DNA of 64,000 nt from an uncultured Chloroflexia bacterium (GCA_963749705.1 CAVVNQ010000003.1:384001-448000); one strand, 5' to 3'; shown: positions 42,003-52,279, counted from the first letter of the stretch. Notes: a model not told the origin generated them from the sequence alone. Numbers and translations are program-made.

Positions 42003-42070
42003 GAATCCAACGTACGCAGCGCCCCAAGAGAGGACGGCCTGCCCGGATCCGTGCTGCGCTCAACAGGCGC

Positions 42071-42784
42071 TCAAGAATCGATCTCGCCGCCCCCGATCCG
42101 GTACCCGACGCCCGGCTCGGCGACGATCAGCGCGCTGGCCTCGCCGGATGGGTCGGCGGCGTCCAGCTTGCGTCGCAGCCGGCTCACGTAGACGTGCACG
42201 TAATGCGCCTCGTCGCTGTACGCGCTGCCCCACACCGCCCGCAGCAGTCGCCCGCGGGTCAGCAGGCGGCCGCGGAACGACAGGATCGTCTTGAGCAGCT
42301 CGTACTCCCGGGGCGTCAGGTCGAGCGCCTGCCCGTTGCAGGTCACGGTCCGCTTCGCGGGGTCGAGCGCGAGCGATCCCACCCTGACCACACCGCCGGC
42401 GTCGGCGTCGGGTCCGCCGGCCCGTCGCAGCAGCGCCGAGATCCGTGCCCGCAGCTCCGCGAGCCCGAACGGCTTGGTGATGTAGTCGTCGGCGCCCTGC
42501 TCGAGGGCGGCGACCTTGTCGCGCTCCTCGCCGCGTGCCGAGATGATCAGGATCGGGACGGTGGACTCGCGGCGGACGCGCCGGATCACGATCGCCCCGT
42601 CGGCGTCCGGGAGGCCCAGATCGAGCAGGATCACGTCCGCACGCTCGGCATCCCAGGCGGCAAGGCCGTCGTGGGCGGACGCCGCGAGCGAGACCCTGAA
42701 GCCGTGCTCGCGGAGGCTGGACGACGTCGCCTCCCGGACGGTCGCGTCATCCTCGACGTAGAGCACGCGCGGACCCGGGGTCAC
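42071..42784 (-). CDS. OmpR-family response regulator (KdpE-like)
   Basis: VEDD, LLDLGLPDADG, GADDYITKPF, LTPREY, EPGVGY. Confidence 0.92.
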   Translation of the reverse strand: MTPGPRVLYVEDDATVREATSSSLREHGFRVSLAASAHDGLAAWDAERADVILLDLGLPDADGAIVIRRVRRESTVPILIISARGEERDKVAALEQGADDYITKPFGLAELRARISALLRRAGGPDADAGGVVRVGSLALDPAKRTVTCNGQALDLTPREYELLKTILSFRGRLLTRGRLLRAVWGSAYSDEAHYVHVYVSRLRRKLDAADPSGEASALIVAEPGVGYRIGGGEIDS

Positions 42785-44367
42785 GGGGCGGTCCCGTCGT
42801 CTGCCGGCAGCGGCATCGCGGGCAGCACCACGTGCACGGCGAGGCCACCGTTGACCCCGCGCCGCGCGGTCACCGTGCCACCCATCGCCTCCGTCAGGCC
42901 GCGAACGATCGTGAGCCCGATTCCCATCCCGCCACCACCCACCCGGTCCGCGCGGTAGAAGCGGTCGAACAGGTGTCGCGCGACGTCGGGATCGACGCCC
43001 GGCCCCTCGTCCTCGACCGCCAGCTCGATGCCACCCGTCGCATTCGTCCTGGCCCGGATCGCGAGCGCCGTCTCCGGCGGGGTGTGGCGGATCACGTTCT
43101 CGACAAGATTGGCGAGGCATTGGTCCACGAACACGGCATCGCCGGCGATGGGCGGCAGATCGTCGGGGATCATCACCTCCACCCGCCGATCGCCCAGCAA
43201 CGGTGCCAGCCGATCCACCACCGGCCGGACGACGCCCTCGACGTCGAGCGCCTCCAGGTTCGGCGTGATGGCCCCCGCCTGGATGCGGGAGAGGTCGAGC
43301 AGGGCACCGACCAGGCGGTCCAGCCGCGTCGTCTCGGCCTCGATCACCGACGCGGTTGCACGAACGTCCTCGGTCGACCGGACCTGCTCGGGGTCGACCA
43401 GCGTTCCCGCAGCGGCCCGGATCCCGGCCAGTGGCGTTCGCAGGTCGTGGGATACCGAGTCGACGAGGGCGCTCTTGAGAGCGTCATCCCGCCGGGCAAC
43501 CTCGGCGGCCACGGCCTGTTCGCGCAGCCGCTCGCGCCCGATCGCGAGCCCCAGCTGGTCGGCCGCCAGCGCGAGCAGGCGGGTCTCGGCGCGTGACGGG
43601 TCGGGGCGGTCCGCCGGGCGCGTCGCCCACAGCGAGCCGATCGGATGCCCGTCCGCCTCCAGCCGGATCCGGTAGCGATGCATCGTCGCGATGCGACGGT
43701 CCTCGCCGGGTCGAAACGAACGTCGTGCCGCATGCGTGCGACGCCAGGTCGGCTCACCGCCACCCGGCGTGAGGGACCGCACCAGCGCGGAGGCCGGGCC
43801 CGGATCACCGTGGCCGGTGTCGGCGACGACCCGGTCCAGCCCGCCGCTGTCGATCGCGCACCAGACCCGCTCCATCGAGGCGTCCTCCTGGAGCCGACGG
43901 ACGACCATCGGGAGCGCCTCGTCGAGGGTCATCGTCGCGAGGGTACGGCTGATCCCGTACAGGGCGGCCGCCTCCTGGGCGCGGGCCTCCGCCTCGTCGG
44001 CACGGTCGGCTCCGGCGCCGGCGAGGCGCCCGATGGCGATGGCGACGAACAGGAACAGGACCAGGTTGAGCCACTCTCGCGCGTCGGCCACCACCAGGGT
44101 GAAGCGTGGGTCCGTGAACAACAGGTTGTACAGGGCGAACGACACCAGCGCGGTCGCGATCCCGGCCGCCGTTCGATACCGGGTTGCGACCACGACCACG
44201 ACGACGAGATAGAGCGGAGCGCCATCGAGGTCGCCACCCGTCCAGCTCTCGACGAGGGCGACGGCACCAGTGGCGATCGCGAGCAGCACGGCCGTCAGCC
44301 CGGCGGCCCGGATCGGTCGGTCAACGCCGGCCAGCGACCGTGATGCGACGCGCGACCTGGTAGCCAC
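42781..44367 (-). CDS. Sensor histidine kinase, DUF4118 TMs plus HisKA/HATPase (KdpD-like)
   Basis: LFTDPRFTL, SVSHDLRTPL, NLVEN, DEGPG, GIGL. Confidence 0.9.
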   Translation of the reverse strand: MATRSRVASRSLAGVDRPIRAAGLTAVLLAIATGAVALVESWTGGDLDGAPLYLVVVVVVATRYRTAAGIATALVSFALYNLLFTDPRFTLVVADAREWLNLVLFLFVAIAIGRLAGAGADRADEAEARAQEAAALYGISRTLATMTLDEALPMVVRRLQEDASMERVWCAIDSGGLDRVVADTGHGDPGPASALVRSLTPGGGEPTWRRTHAARRSFRPGEDRRIATMHRYRIRLEADGHPIGSLWATRPADRPDPSRAETRLLALAADQLGLAIGRERLREQAVAAEVARRDDALKSALVDSVSHDLRTPLAGIRAAAGTLVDPEQVRSTEDVRATASVIEAETTRLDRLVGALLDLSRIQAGAITPNLEALDVEGVVRPVVDRLAPLLGDRRVEVMIPDDLPPIAGDAVFVDQCLANLVENVIRHTPPETALAIRARTNATGGIELAVEDEGPGVDPDVARHLFDRFYRADRVGGGGMGIGLTIVRGLTEAMGGTVTARRGVNGGLAVHVVLPAMPLPADDGTAP

Positions 44368-44405
44368 GGCCGCATCGTAGTCCGCCGATGCGCTAGCGTG
44401 AGGGC

Positions 44406-45350
44406 ATGATCCCTCGACGACCCGGCCGCCCCCTCGGGGTCGGCATCCAGCTGCCCGAGGTGGAGCGCGTGGTCCGGTGGCCCGAGCTCCGGGCGATGGC
44501 CCGCACCGCCGAGCAGGCGGGCTTCGACTCGATCTGGGTCGGCGACCACCTGCTGTACCGATACCCGACGGGTGAGACCCGCGGTCCCTGGGAGGCATGG
44601 ACGACGCTCGCCGGCCTGGCCGAGGCCACCGAACACGTCGCGATCGGGCCGCTCGTCGCCGCGACCGCGTTCCACGCGCCGTTCATGCTGGCCAAGCTGG
44701 CGGCCACCGTGGACGAGATCTCCGGCGGGCGCCTGGTCCTCGGGCTCGGCGCCGGCTGGAACTCGACGGAGTTCGATGCGCTCGGTGCGCCCTTCGATCA
44801 CCGCATCGCGCGGTTCGAGGAGGCGTTCACGATCGTGCGGACGCTGCTGGCAAGCGGATCGATCGACTTCCGTGGGGAGTACTTCGAGGCCCGCGACGCG
44901 GAGCTGCTGCCGCGACCGCAGCGCCCGGGCGGTCCGCCGATCCTGATCGGTTCCAGCGGTCCGCGGATGCTCGCCGCGACCCTCCCGTACGTCCAGGCGT
45001 GGAACGCGTGGTACGCGGACACGGGCAACAGCGCCGCCGGCGTCGCGCCGTTGCGCGAGCGCGTGGACGCCGCGGCCGTCGCGGCCGGGCGTCACCCGGC
45101 CGACATCGAGCGGACGGTCGCCGTGATGGTCCGGATGCCCGGCGGGCAGGGCCGCGTGATGGGCGACACCGATCACCGCCAGGAGGTCGCTCCCCTCGAG
45201 GGTCCGCCGGATGTCATCGCGGAGGCGCTGCGGGCCTACGCGCGCGAGGGGATCGGTCACGTCCAGCTCGTGGTCGATCCGATCACGGAGGCGGCGGTTG
45301 CGGCGCTCGCCCCGGCGCTCGAGGCGCTCGACGCGCCCGACGCCGGCTGA
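44406..45350 (+). CDS. LLM-class flavin-dependent oxidoreductase
   Basis: GFDSIWVGDH, EAWTTLAGLA, ISGGRLVLGLGAGW. Confidence 0.92.
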   Translation: MIPRRPGRPLGVGIQLPEVERVVRWPELRAMARTAEQAGFDSIWVGDHLLYRYPTGETRGPWEAWTTLAGLAEATEHVAIGPLVAATAFHAPFMLAKLAATVDEISGGRLVLGLGAGWNSTEFDALGAPFDHRIARFEEAFTIVRTLLASGSIDFRGEYFEARDAELLPRPQRPGGPPILIGSSGPRMLAATLPYVQAWNAWYADTGNSAAGVAPLRERVDAAAVAAGRHPADIERTVAVMVRMPGGQGRVMGDTDHRQEVAPLEGPPDVIAEALRAYAREGIGHVQLVVDPITEAAVAALAPALEALDAPDAG

Positions 45351-45456
45351 CCGGCGACGCCGGCGGTGTCGCGGACAGCGGACGGGGGGCTCGTCCGCGC
45401 TCGAACGGCGTGCTAGCATCCGGCGCCCAACCAGCGATCCCAGGACGGAGCGCGAT

Positions 45457-46005
45457 ATCGCTGATGAGCGCCAGGACGACCACCCGGCGACCGGTTCCCG
45501 GCTCCGGCCCGTGCCGATGAGCGACGGACGGGCCCGCGTCGGCAATGCCCGGAGCGCGGAGGTCTCGGACCTCGACAAGCGGATCATCGAGCACCTCCAG
45601 GAGGATGGGCGACGCCCGTTCACGCAGATCGCCGCCGACCTCGGCGTGTCCGAGGCAGCCGTGCGCGCGCGCACCAACCGCATGATCGAGCGAGGGATCC
45701 TCCAGGTCGTCGGCGTCACCGATCCGCTCAAGCTCGGCTTCCAGCAGTGGGCGATGATCGGGGTCAGGTGCGAGGCGTCCCGCCTGATCGAGGTTGCCGA
45801 GGAGATCGCCGCGTTCCCGGAGACCGACTACGTCGTGGTCACTGCGGGCAGCTACGACATCCTGGTCGAGGCGGTCGCCGAGGACAACGAGGCGCTGCTC
45901 CGGTTCCTGTCCGAGCGGCTGCGCAAGATCCCCGGCGTGCGCGAGACGGAGACGTTCGTGTACCTCCGCCTGATGAAGCAGAGCTACCAGTGGGGGACCC
46001 GGTAG
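45457..46005 (+). CDS. Lrp/AsnC transcriptional regulator; start uncertain (ATC 45457 or ATG 45517)
   Basis: LQEDGRRPFTQIA, GVSEAAVRAR, TAGSYD. Confidence 0.9.
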   Translation: MADERQDDHPATGSRLRPVPMSDGRARVGNARSAEVSDLDKRIIEHLQEDGRRPFTQIAADLGVSEAAVRARTNRMIERGILQVVGVTDPLKLGFQQWAMIGVRCEASRLIEVAEEIAAFPETDYVVVTAGSYDILVEAVAEDNEALLRFLSERLRKIPGVRETETFVYLRLMKQSYQWGTR

Positions 46006-46086
46006 GAGCCTGCGTGGAGTGCCGCGCCGGGCGCCCCGGCACGTGGCCCCGGCGGGGTCCGGCGCCGCCCGGTGTAGGATCGGCCG

Positions 46087-47337
46087 GTGACCGACCAGCG
46101 ACCCCGGCCCGGCCCCTCCACGCGCGCCATCCGTGCCGCGTCGCGCGTTCCGGCCGTCGCCCAGACGCCGACGGCCGTCCCGATCTACCAGACGGCAACG
46201 TTCGCGTCCGCCGATGCCGCCGAGCTCGCTGCGGTCCTGACCGGCGAGACCCCCGGCTACGCGTACAGCCGGATGGACAACCCGACGGTCTCCGCGCTGG
46301 GCGATGCGGTCGCCGAGCTCCACGGGGCCGAGGCGGGGATCGCCCTGGCCACCGGGATGGCCGCGATCCACGCCGCGTTCCTGTCGGTGCTCCGCGCCGG
46401 CGACCGCCTGGTCATCGGGCAGGTCGGCTACGGGACGACGCGGACGCAGGCGATCGCCGCATTCGGGCGGCTGGGCGTCGACATCGGCTACGTGGACACG
46501 ACCGACCCCGCGGCCGTGGAGGCGGCGCTCGCCTCGTCCCCGACCCGGATCCTCCACGTCGAGACCATCGCCAACCCGACCTGCGTCCTGGCCGACATCC
46601 CGGCGCTCGCCGAGGCCGCGCACCGGCACGGCGCGCTGCTGTCGGTCGACAACACGTTCGCGTCGCCGATCGTGTGCCGCCCGCTCGAGCACGGGGCGGA
46701 CCTGGTCATCGAATCGGCGACCAAGTACCTGTCGGGTCACTCCGACGTGATGGCCGGCGCGGTCGTCGGCTCGGCGGAGCGGATCGCTCGCGTCCGCTCG
46801 GCACAGATCGACACCGGCGCCACCCTCGGCCCGTTTGCGGCATTCCTCGTGCTCCGCGGCATCGCGACCGTCGCCGTGCGCGTGGAGCGCCAGGCAGCGA
46901 CCGCGGCCGCGCTGGCATCCTGGCTCGAGCACCAGGACGGCGTCGCGCGCGTGACCTACGCCGGCCTCGCGAGCCATCCCCAGCGGGAGGTCGCCGCTCG
47001 GATCCTCGATTCCGGCGGGGCGATGCTGTCGGTCGACCTTGCCGGCGGCCGTCCGGCCGGTCGCGCCTTCTTCGATGCCCTGACGATCCCGGAGCGCACG
47101 GCGAGCCTGGGCAGCGTCCACACGATGGTCGTCCACCCGCCGACGTCGTCGCACCGGGCGCTGGACGCCGCGGCGCTCGCGGCGGCCGGGATCACCGAGG
47201 GCCTGTTGCGGATCTCCGTCGGCCTCGAGGACGAGGCGGACCTGCGTGCCGACTTCTCGGCTGCGCTCGACGCCGCGCGTGCCATGGCGGACCAGCCGGC
47301 GAGCCGGGCGGGCAGCCGGGCCACCGCGCGCGCGTAG
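46087..47337 (+). CDS. PLP trans-sulfuration enzyme (Met gamma-lyase/cystathionine gamma-synthase/MetZ family)
   Basis: PIYQT, YSRMDNPT, GMAAI, DNTFASP, SATKYLSGHSD, RISVGLE. Confidence 0.92.
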   Translation: MTDQRPRPGPSTRAIRAASRVPAVAQTPTAVPIYQTATFASADAAELAAVLTGETPGYAYSRMDNPTVSALGDAVAELHGAEAGIALATGMAAIHAAFLSVLRAGDRLVIGQVGYGTTRTQAIAAFGRLGVDIGYVDTTDPAAVEAALASSPTRILHVETIANPTCVLADIPALAEAAHRHGALLSVDNTFASPIVCRPLEHGADLVIESATKYLSGHSDVMAGAVVGSAERIARVRSAQIDTGATLGPFAAFLVLRGIATVAVRVERQAATAAALASWLEHQDGVARVTYAGLASHPQREVAARILDSGGAMLSVDLAGGRPAGRAFFDALTIPERTASLGSVHTMVVHPPTSSHRALDAAALAAAGITEGLLRISVGLEDEADLRADFSAALDAARAMADQPASRAGSRATARA

Positions 47338-47349
47338 GAGGGCCGGCCG

Positions 47350-48813
47350 ATCGCCACCATCGCGGCCCGTCGGCCGACCGCTCGGCCGCTCCCGGGCGTG
47401 CTCGCTCGTGTTGCGGATGGCCTTTGGGGGCTGCTGACATCCGTCAACTTCGCGGTGATCCAGATCATCGTGCTCGCGCTGTTTGCCGTGGTGGGCATGA
47501 CGCTGCGGCAGCTGCCGGGGTTCGCCTTCCGCTCGCCGACCGACTACGCGAACGAGATGGCCCGCCTCCACGGCATCTACGACGCGACGCTCGGAGTAGG
47601 CGTGGTCGACGCGCTCGAACGGCTCCAGCTGTTCCAGGTGTTCAGCTCCGCGTGGTTCAGCATCGGGCTGATCGTGCTGATCATCTCGATCGTCGCCTGC
47701 ACGATCGATCGCACGCCCCGCCTGTGGCGGCAGAGCGCCGACATCCGGGTGGTCCAGCCCGACCCGTTCTACGATCCGGCCCTGCCGGACCGCGCGGTGG
47801 TGACCGGGCTCGCCGGGCAGGCCGTGGCGGGGGCGCTCCGGCGCCGCCGGTTCGTGGTGCGGGAACGCGTCGTGGACGGCGTCACCTACCTCTACGGGGA
47901 CCGCAACCGCTGGACCAAGATGGCCACCCTGCTCACACACGCGGGCCTGGTCACGTTCCTGGTCGCGGCAGCCGTGACCACGCGCCTGGGCGACGAGCAG
48001 GGCCTGGTCGTGGCCGAGGGCGAGTCGCTCACCGTCGGGCCGATCGGAACCCCCGGCCTGCTGCTCGTCCGCAACCTCGGCTTTGACGCCCCCGGCTTCG
48101 AAACCGGGCATCCCACCGACTTCACCACCCGGCTGGCGGTCTACCGCGACGGGCAGCAGATCGCCGAGAAGGTCATCCGCGTCAACGACCCCCTGACCGT
48201 CGGCGGCTACACGTTCCACCAGAACGGGTTCGGGCCCGCGCCGGACATGGCCATCCTGGACACCGCAGGCCGGCCGCTGTGGACCGGCCCGATCCCCATG
48301 ACCGACTCCGCGGCGGGCTTCCCGACCACCCAGTTCGCCGTCCCGGGCCGCGATGTCGCGCTCCAGCTGGTCCTCCAGCGGCAGTCCGACGGGACGGGCG
48401 TGGTGCTGGTGCTGCCCTACCGGGCGGAGGGCACGAACGCCGACGGCACGCCCAACATCGTCGGGCTCGGGCCGGTGGCGCTCGCGCAGGGCGAGACCGC
48501 GACCCCCCTCGGTGCGGACTTCTCGGTCGCGCTGCGGGGCTTCTCGGACTACACGCTCCTGATCGCCAAGCGGGACCCGGGGCAGGGCCTGGTGTGGATC
48601 GCGTTCGGCCTGCTGATCGCCGGCGTGCTGATCACCTTCTGGATGCCGCGCCGGCGGTTCTGGGGTCGCCTCGACGCCGACGGGCGACTGTCGATGGTGT
48701 TCCGGGCCGACCGCTACGTCGACGTGGGCCGCGAGTTCGGCGCGCTGCTCGACGATCTCGTGCGCGGGCGGCGCACCGGCGATCCCGCCGAGCCGCCGTC
48801 CACCCCCCGATGA
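47350..48813 (+). CDS. resB: Cytochrome c biogenesis protein ResB/CcsB; start uncertain (ATC 47350 or GTG 47398)
   Basis: VFSSAWF, ACTIDR, LLTHAG, IRVNDPL, RDPG, C-terminal TM. Confidence 0.88.
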   Translation: MATIAARRPTARPLPGVLARVADGLWGLLTSVNFAVIQIIVLALFAVVGMTLRQLPGFAFRSPTDYANEMARLHGIYDATLGVGVVDALERLQLFQVFSSAWFSIGLIVLIISIVACTIDRTPRLWRQSADIRVVQPDPFYDPALPDRAVVTGLAGQAVAGALRRRRFVVRERVVDGVTYLYGDRNRWTKMATLLTHAGLVTFLVAAAVTTRLGDEQGLVVAEGESLTVGPIGTPGLLLVRNLGFDAPGFETGHPTDFTTRLAVYRDGQQIAEKVIRVNDPLTVGGYTFHQNGFGPAPDMAILDTAGRPLWTGPIPMTDSAAGFPTTQFAVPGRDVALQLVLQRQSDGTGVVLVLPYRAEGTNADGTPNIVGLGPVALAQGETATPLGADFSVALRGFSDYTLLIAKRDPGQGLVWIAFGLLIAGVLITFWMPRRRFWGRLDADGRLSMVFRADRYVDVGREFGALLDDLVRGRRTGDPAEPPSTPR

Positions 48814-49071
48814 CGCGTCTCGCGCCCGCCCCGGCGGACCTCCCGAGGCGGGGTCCCGGGGGCCTGACTTGCGGAACGGATTCGCTCGCAATGCGGCAGG
48901 GTGCAGATTGTCCTGCCATGCTCGACACTGCCGCGCCCGTGCGCTAGGTTCACTGCGGCCCAGTCACTCGTCACGGCCACGGTCCACGCGCGCCCGGTTG
49001 TCCTCGGCGCGGGTGGGCGGCCACGAACAAGCCAGCGGCCGGCGCAGGCCGCCACGTCGGCAGGAGCCCAG

Positions 49072-51222
49072 ATGACCGCCCGCGCCTCCGCCATCGCCAC
49101 GATCGCCAACCACACGGTCGCCTCGACCGAGGACTACCTCGCGCACGCGGGTGCCGACATCTACGGCCAGTACGTGTTCCACGAGGACGCCCAGCGCCAG
49201 TACCTCGCCAAGCCCATCTTCCAGCGCCTTCGGCGGACGATCGACGGGCTCGAGCCGTTCGATCCGATCATCGCGGACGCGGTCGCGCACGGCGTCAAGG
49301 AGTGGGCGATGGCGCACGGGGCGACCCACTACACGCACTGGTTCGTGCCCATGACCGGGTCCACGGCCGAGAAGCACGACTCGTTCCTCAGCCCGACCGG
49401 CGAGGGCCGGACCGTCGCGGAGTTCTCGGGCAAGAACCTGCTCCAGGGCGAGCCCGATGCCTCGTCGTTTCCCTCGGGCGGGATCCGGGCGACGTTCGAG
49501 GCGCGCGGCTACACGGCGTGGGACGTCACCAGCCCGATCTTCCTGCAGGTCGAGGCCAACGGCGTCACCCTGACCATCCCGACCGCGTACGTCTCGTTCA
49601 CGGGCGAGGCGCTCGACCACAAGATCCCGCTCCTGCGCTCGCAGGAGGCGCTGGGAACGCAGGCGCTGCGCGTGCTGCGCTGGTTCGGCAACACCACCAC
49701 CTCGCGCGTGTCCACGTTCATCGGGCCCGAGCAGGAGTACTTCCTGGTGGACCGCCGCCTGGCCGAGCAGCGCCCGGACCTCGTGCTCACCGGCCGCACC
49801 CTGTTCGGCGCCCCGTCGCCCAAGGGCCAGGAGCTGGAGGACCAGTACTTCGGCCCGATCCGCGAGCGGATCCTCGCGTTCATGATGGATCTCGACCGCG
49901 AGCTGTGGCGCCTCGGGATCCCCGCCAAGACGCGCCACAACGAGGTCGCCCCCGGCCAGTTCGAGATGGCGCCCGTGTACGAGGCGACGTCCGTCGGGTC
50001 GGACCACAACATGATCGTGATGAGCACCATGCGACGGCTCGCGCCGCAGCACGGGCTGATGTTCCTGATCCACGAGAAGCCGTTCGCGGGCATCAACGGA
50101 TCGGGCAAGCACAACAACTGGTCGATGGGGACGAACGACGGGGAGAACCTGCTCGATCCCGGCAACGACCCGCACGCCAACGCGCAGTTCCTGGCGTTCC
50201 TGCTGGCGGTCATCCGCGGCGTCAACGTCCACGCGGACCTGCTCCGGGCGAGCATCGCGGACGCCGGCCAGGACCACCGCCTGGGCGCCAACGAGGCGCC
50301 GCCCGCGATCATGTCGATCTTCCTCGGCTCGCAGCTCGAGGACGTCATCGCGCAGCTGGAGCAGGGCGCAGCCTCCAACTCCAAGAAGGGCGGCACCGTC
50401 GCACTGGGAGTGACCTCGCTGCCGGAGCTGCCCAAGGACGCCACCGACCGCAACCGGACCTCGCCGTTCGCGTTCACCGGCAACAAGTTCGAGTTCCGGG
50501 CGGTCGGCTCGTCGGCGCCGATCTACTGGCCGCAGACGGTCCTCAACACCGCCGTGGCGGACTCGCTCAAGCAGCTCGCCGACGAGCTGGACAAGCTGTC
50601 GCCCGGCGACTTCGATGGGCTGACGCAGATCCTGTCGGGGATCGCCCGTGCGAACAAGCAGGTCCTGTTCGAGGGCAACGGCTACTCGGAGGAGTGGCAC
50701 CAGGAGGCCGCCCGTCGAGGGCTGCCCAACAACCGGACCACGGTCGACGCGCTGCCGTCGCTCACCACCGACAAGGCAAAGTCCCTGTTCTCCTCGTTCG
50801 GCGTCCTGTCGGAGCGCGAGCTCAACGCCCGGGTCGGGATCTACTGGGAGCGGTATGTCAAGGTCGGCAGCATCGAGGCGAGCTGCGCGCTGGACATCGC
50901 GAAGACCATGATCCTGCCCGCCGCGGTGCGGTACCTGGGCGAGCTCTCGGGCGGTGCCTCGGCGGCGTCCCGGGGCGTCGCCAGCGTGGCTGATGCCGTC
51001 GCGAAGCTCGCCGACGGCCTCGTTGACGGCATCCACGCGCTGGAGCACGCGCTCCACGAGGCGCACGATGCCGGGTCGGTCGAGGCCGAGGCGCGTGTGT
51101 ACGTGGACACCGTGATCCCGGCGCAGAACGCGCTGCGCTCCGTCGCGGACGAGCTCGAGACGTTGGTCGCCGACGAGCTGTGGCCGCTGCCGAAGTACCG
51201 CGAGCTGCTGTTCCAGTACTGA
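49072..51222 (+). CDS. Glutamine synthetase type III
   Basis: HWFVPMTG, AEKHD, EPDASSFPSGG, HNEVAP, NGSGKHNNW, DRNRTSPFAFTGNKFEFR. Confidence 0.96.
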   Translation: MTARASAIATIANHTVASTEDYLAHAGADIYGQYVFHEDAQRQYLAKPIFQRLRRTIDGLEPFDPIIADAVAHGVKEWAMAHGATHYTHWFVPMTGSTAEKHDSFLSPTGEGRTVAEFSGKNLLQGEPDASSFPSGGIRATFEARGYTAWDVTSPIFLQVEANGVTLTIPTAYVSFTGEALDHKIPLLRSQEALGTQALRVLRWFGNTTTSRVSTFIGPEQEYFLVDRRLAEQRPDLVLTGRTLFGAPSPKGQELEDQYFGPIRERILAFMMDLDRELWRLGIPAKTRHNEVAPGQFEMAPVYEATSVGSDHNMIVMSTMRRLAPQHGLMFLIHEKPFAGINGSGKHNNWSMGTNDGENLLDPGNDPHANAQFLAFLLAVIRGVNVHADLLRASIADAGQDHRLGANEAPPAIMSIFLGSQLEDVIAQLEQGAASNSKKGGTVALGVTSLPELPKDATDRNRTSPFAFTGNKFEFRAVGSSAPIYWPQTVLNTAVADSLKQLADELDKLSPGDFDGLTQILSGIARANKQVLFEGNGYSEEWHQEAARRGLPNNRTTVDALPSLTTDKAKSLFSSFGVLSERELNARVGIYWERYVKVGSIEASCALDIAKTMILPAAVRYLGELSGGASAASRGVASVADAVAKLADGLVDGIHALEHALHEAHDAGSVEAEARVYVDTVIPAQNALRSVADELETLVADELWPLPKYRELLFQY

Positions 51223-51267
51223 GGTTCGGGAGCGGGGTCCGCCATCCCGGTCCCGCCACCGCGCTCC

Positions 51268-51470
51268 GTATGCGTACCACGCGTAGCGAGCTCCGGATCG
51301 AGGAGCAGCCCTCGCTGCGCCTCCCGGCAGCTGTCGCCGGGACTCGTCAGCGGATACCCTCATGTGTGTCACGCATGCTGGCGCCCCGCGGGTGCCCGCG
51401 CCGGCGCCATCCGGACGGGCGCCCCGATAAGCCTCGAGGAAGTGCCGCCCGCTAAACCTGGTACGCATGC
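51268..51470 (+). repeat. About 200-bp inverted-repeat-bounded element, copy 2
   Basis: atgcgtacca (51270-51279) and tggtacgcat (51459-51468); ends 22/22 and 22/24 identical to copy 1. Confidence 0.75.
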
Positions 51471-52279
51471 AGACACGGAGCGCCGCATCGACGCCGGCCC
51501 TGCCCGCGACCCAACCGCGTCCCGCTTCCCCACGGAGACGCCGAGCCACGTCGGCGCGCAGGCGCGCCCGGGCGCGGGCCGAGTACGTGGCGCGCCGAAT
51601 CGGGACCGGCCTACGGGAAGTCCGCCTTGCGCAAGGGCTCCGGCAGATGGACGTTGCCACCGCGGCGGGCATCACCCAGCCGTTCTACAGCCGCATCGAA
51701 CGCGGGCTGGAGCTCGGCGTCACGCTGCTCACGCTCGCGGCATGCGGCGCCGCGCTCAATGTGCAGCTCGCCGGGTTCATCGAGGCCCTGCCCGGTGCGA
51801 ACCTCCCGCGCGACATCGAGCACCTGCGCCGCCAGAGCCTGCTTGTCGCGATCGCGGCACGAGGCGGCTGGCGCGCCAGTCCGGAGGCTGCGCTGGTGCA
51901 TGACGGGCCTCGACCGAGATCCATCGATGTCCTCCTGACGCGCGAGGAGACTCGGGAGGCGGCGGTCGTCGAGATCTGGGACCTGCTCACAGACGGCGGC
52001 GAGGCGATGCGCGGGCTCCACGCGAAGGTCATCGCCACGGCGGGCAGCCTCGGCCCGGGATGGCAGGTCCAGGGGTTGCTCCTGCTCAGGCGAACCTCGC
52101 GCAACCGCGCGCTCGTGCGTGACCTCGCGCCCCTCCTCGCCGCGCGCTACCCCGCCTCGTCGCCGGCTTGGCTGCGGGCACTTTCATACCCTGGCGCCGT
52201 GCTCCCGGCGGCCGCCGGCTTCGCCTGGACATCCGTACGCGGCGACCGGCTCGTCGCGGCGAGGTTGCCGCATCGATGA
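51467..52279 (+). CDS. XRE HTH fused to degenerate restriction-endonuclease-like domain
   Basis: [24 protein letters not shown]; SIDVLL...VVEIW. Confidence 0.7.
   Translation: MQTRSAASTPALPATQPRPASPRRRRATSARRRARARAEYVARRIGTGLREVRLAQGLRQMDVATAAGITQPFYSRIERGLELGVTLLTLAACGAALNVQLAGFIEALPGANLPRDIEHLRRQSLLVAIAARGGWRASPEAALVHDGPRPRSIDVLLTREETREAAVVEIWDLLTDGGEAMRGLHAKVIATAGSLGPGWQVQGLLLLRRTSRNRALVRDLAPLLAARYPASSPAWLRALSYPGAVLPAAAGFAWTSVRGDRLVAARLPHR

Noticed and set aside
30968-47337. General amber recoding, since rph-rdgB and PLP enzyme-resB are also in frame across TAG
   Set aside because: Those upstream proteins are complete at TAG, in-frame neighbours occur one time in three, and TAG ends many ordinary genes here
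48940-49071. Glutamine riboswitch upstream of GSIII
   Set aside because: GC-rich stems are possible but the glnA-motif consensus is not recognisable
12618-51675. Very long antisense ORFs (12618-16232, 27018-30446, 45283-48891, 48964-51675)
   Set aside because: Shadow frames of real genes in GC-rich DNA with no recognisable motifs
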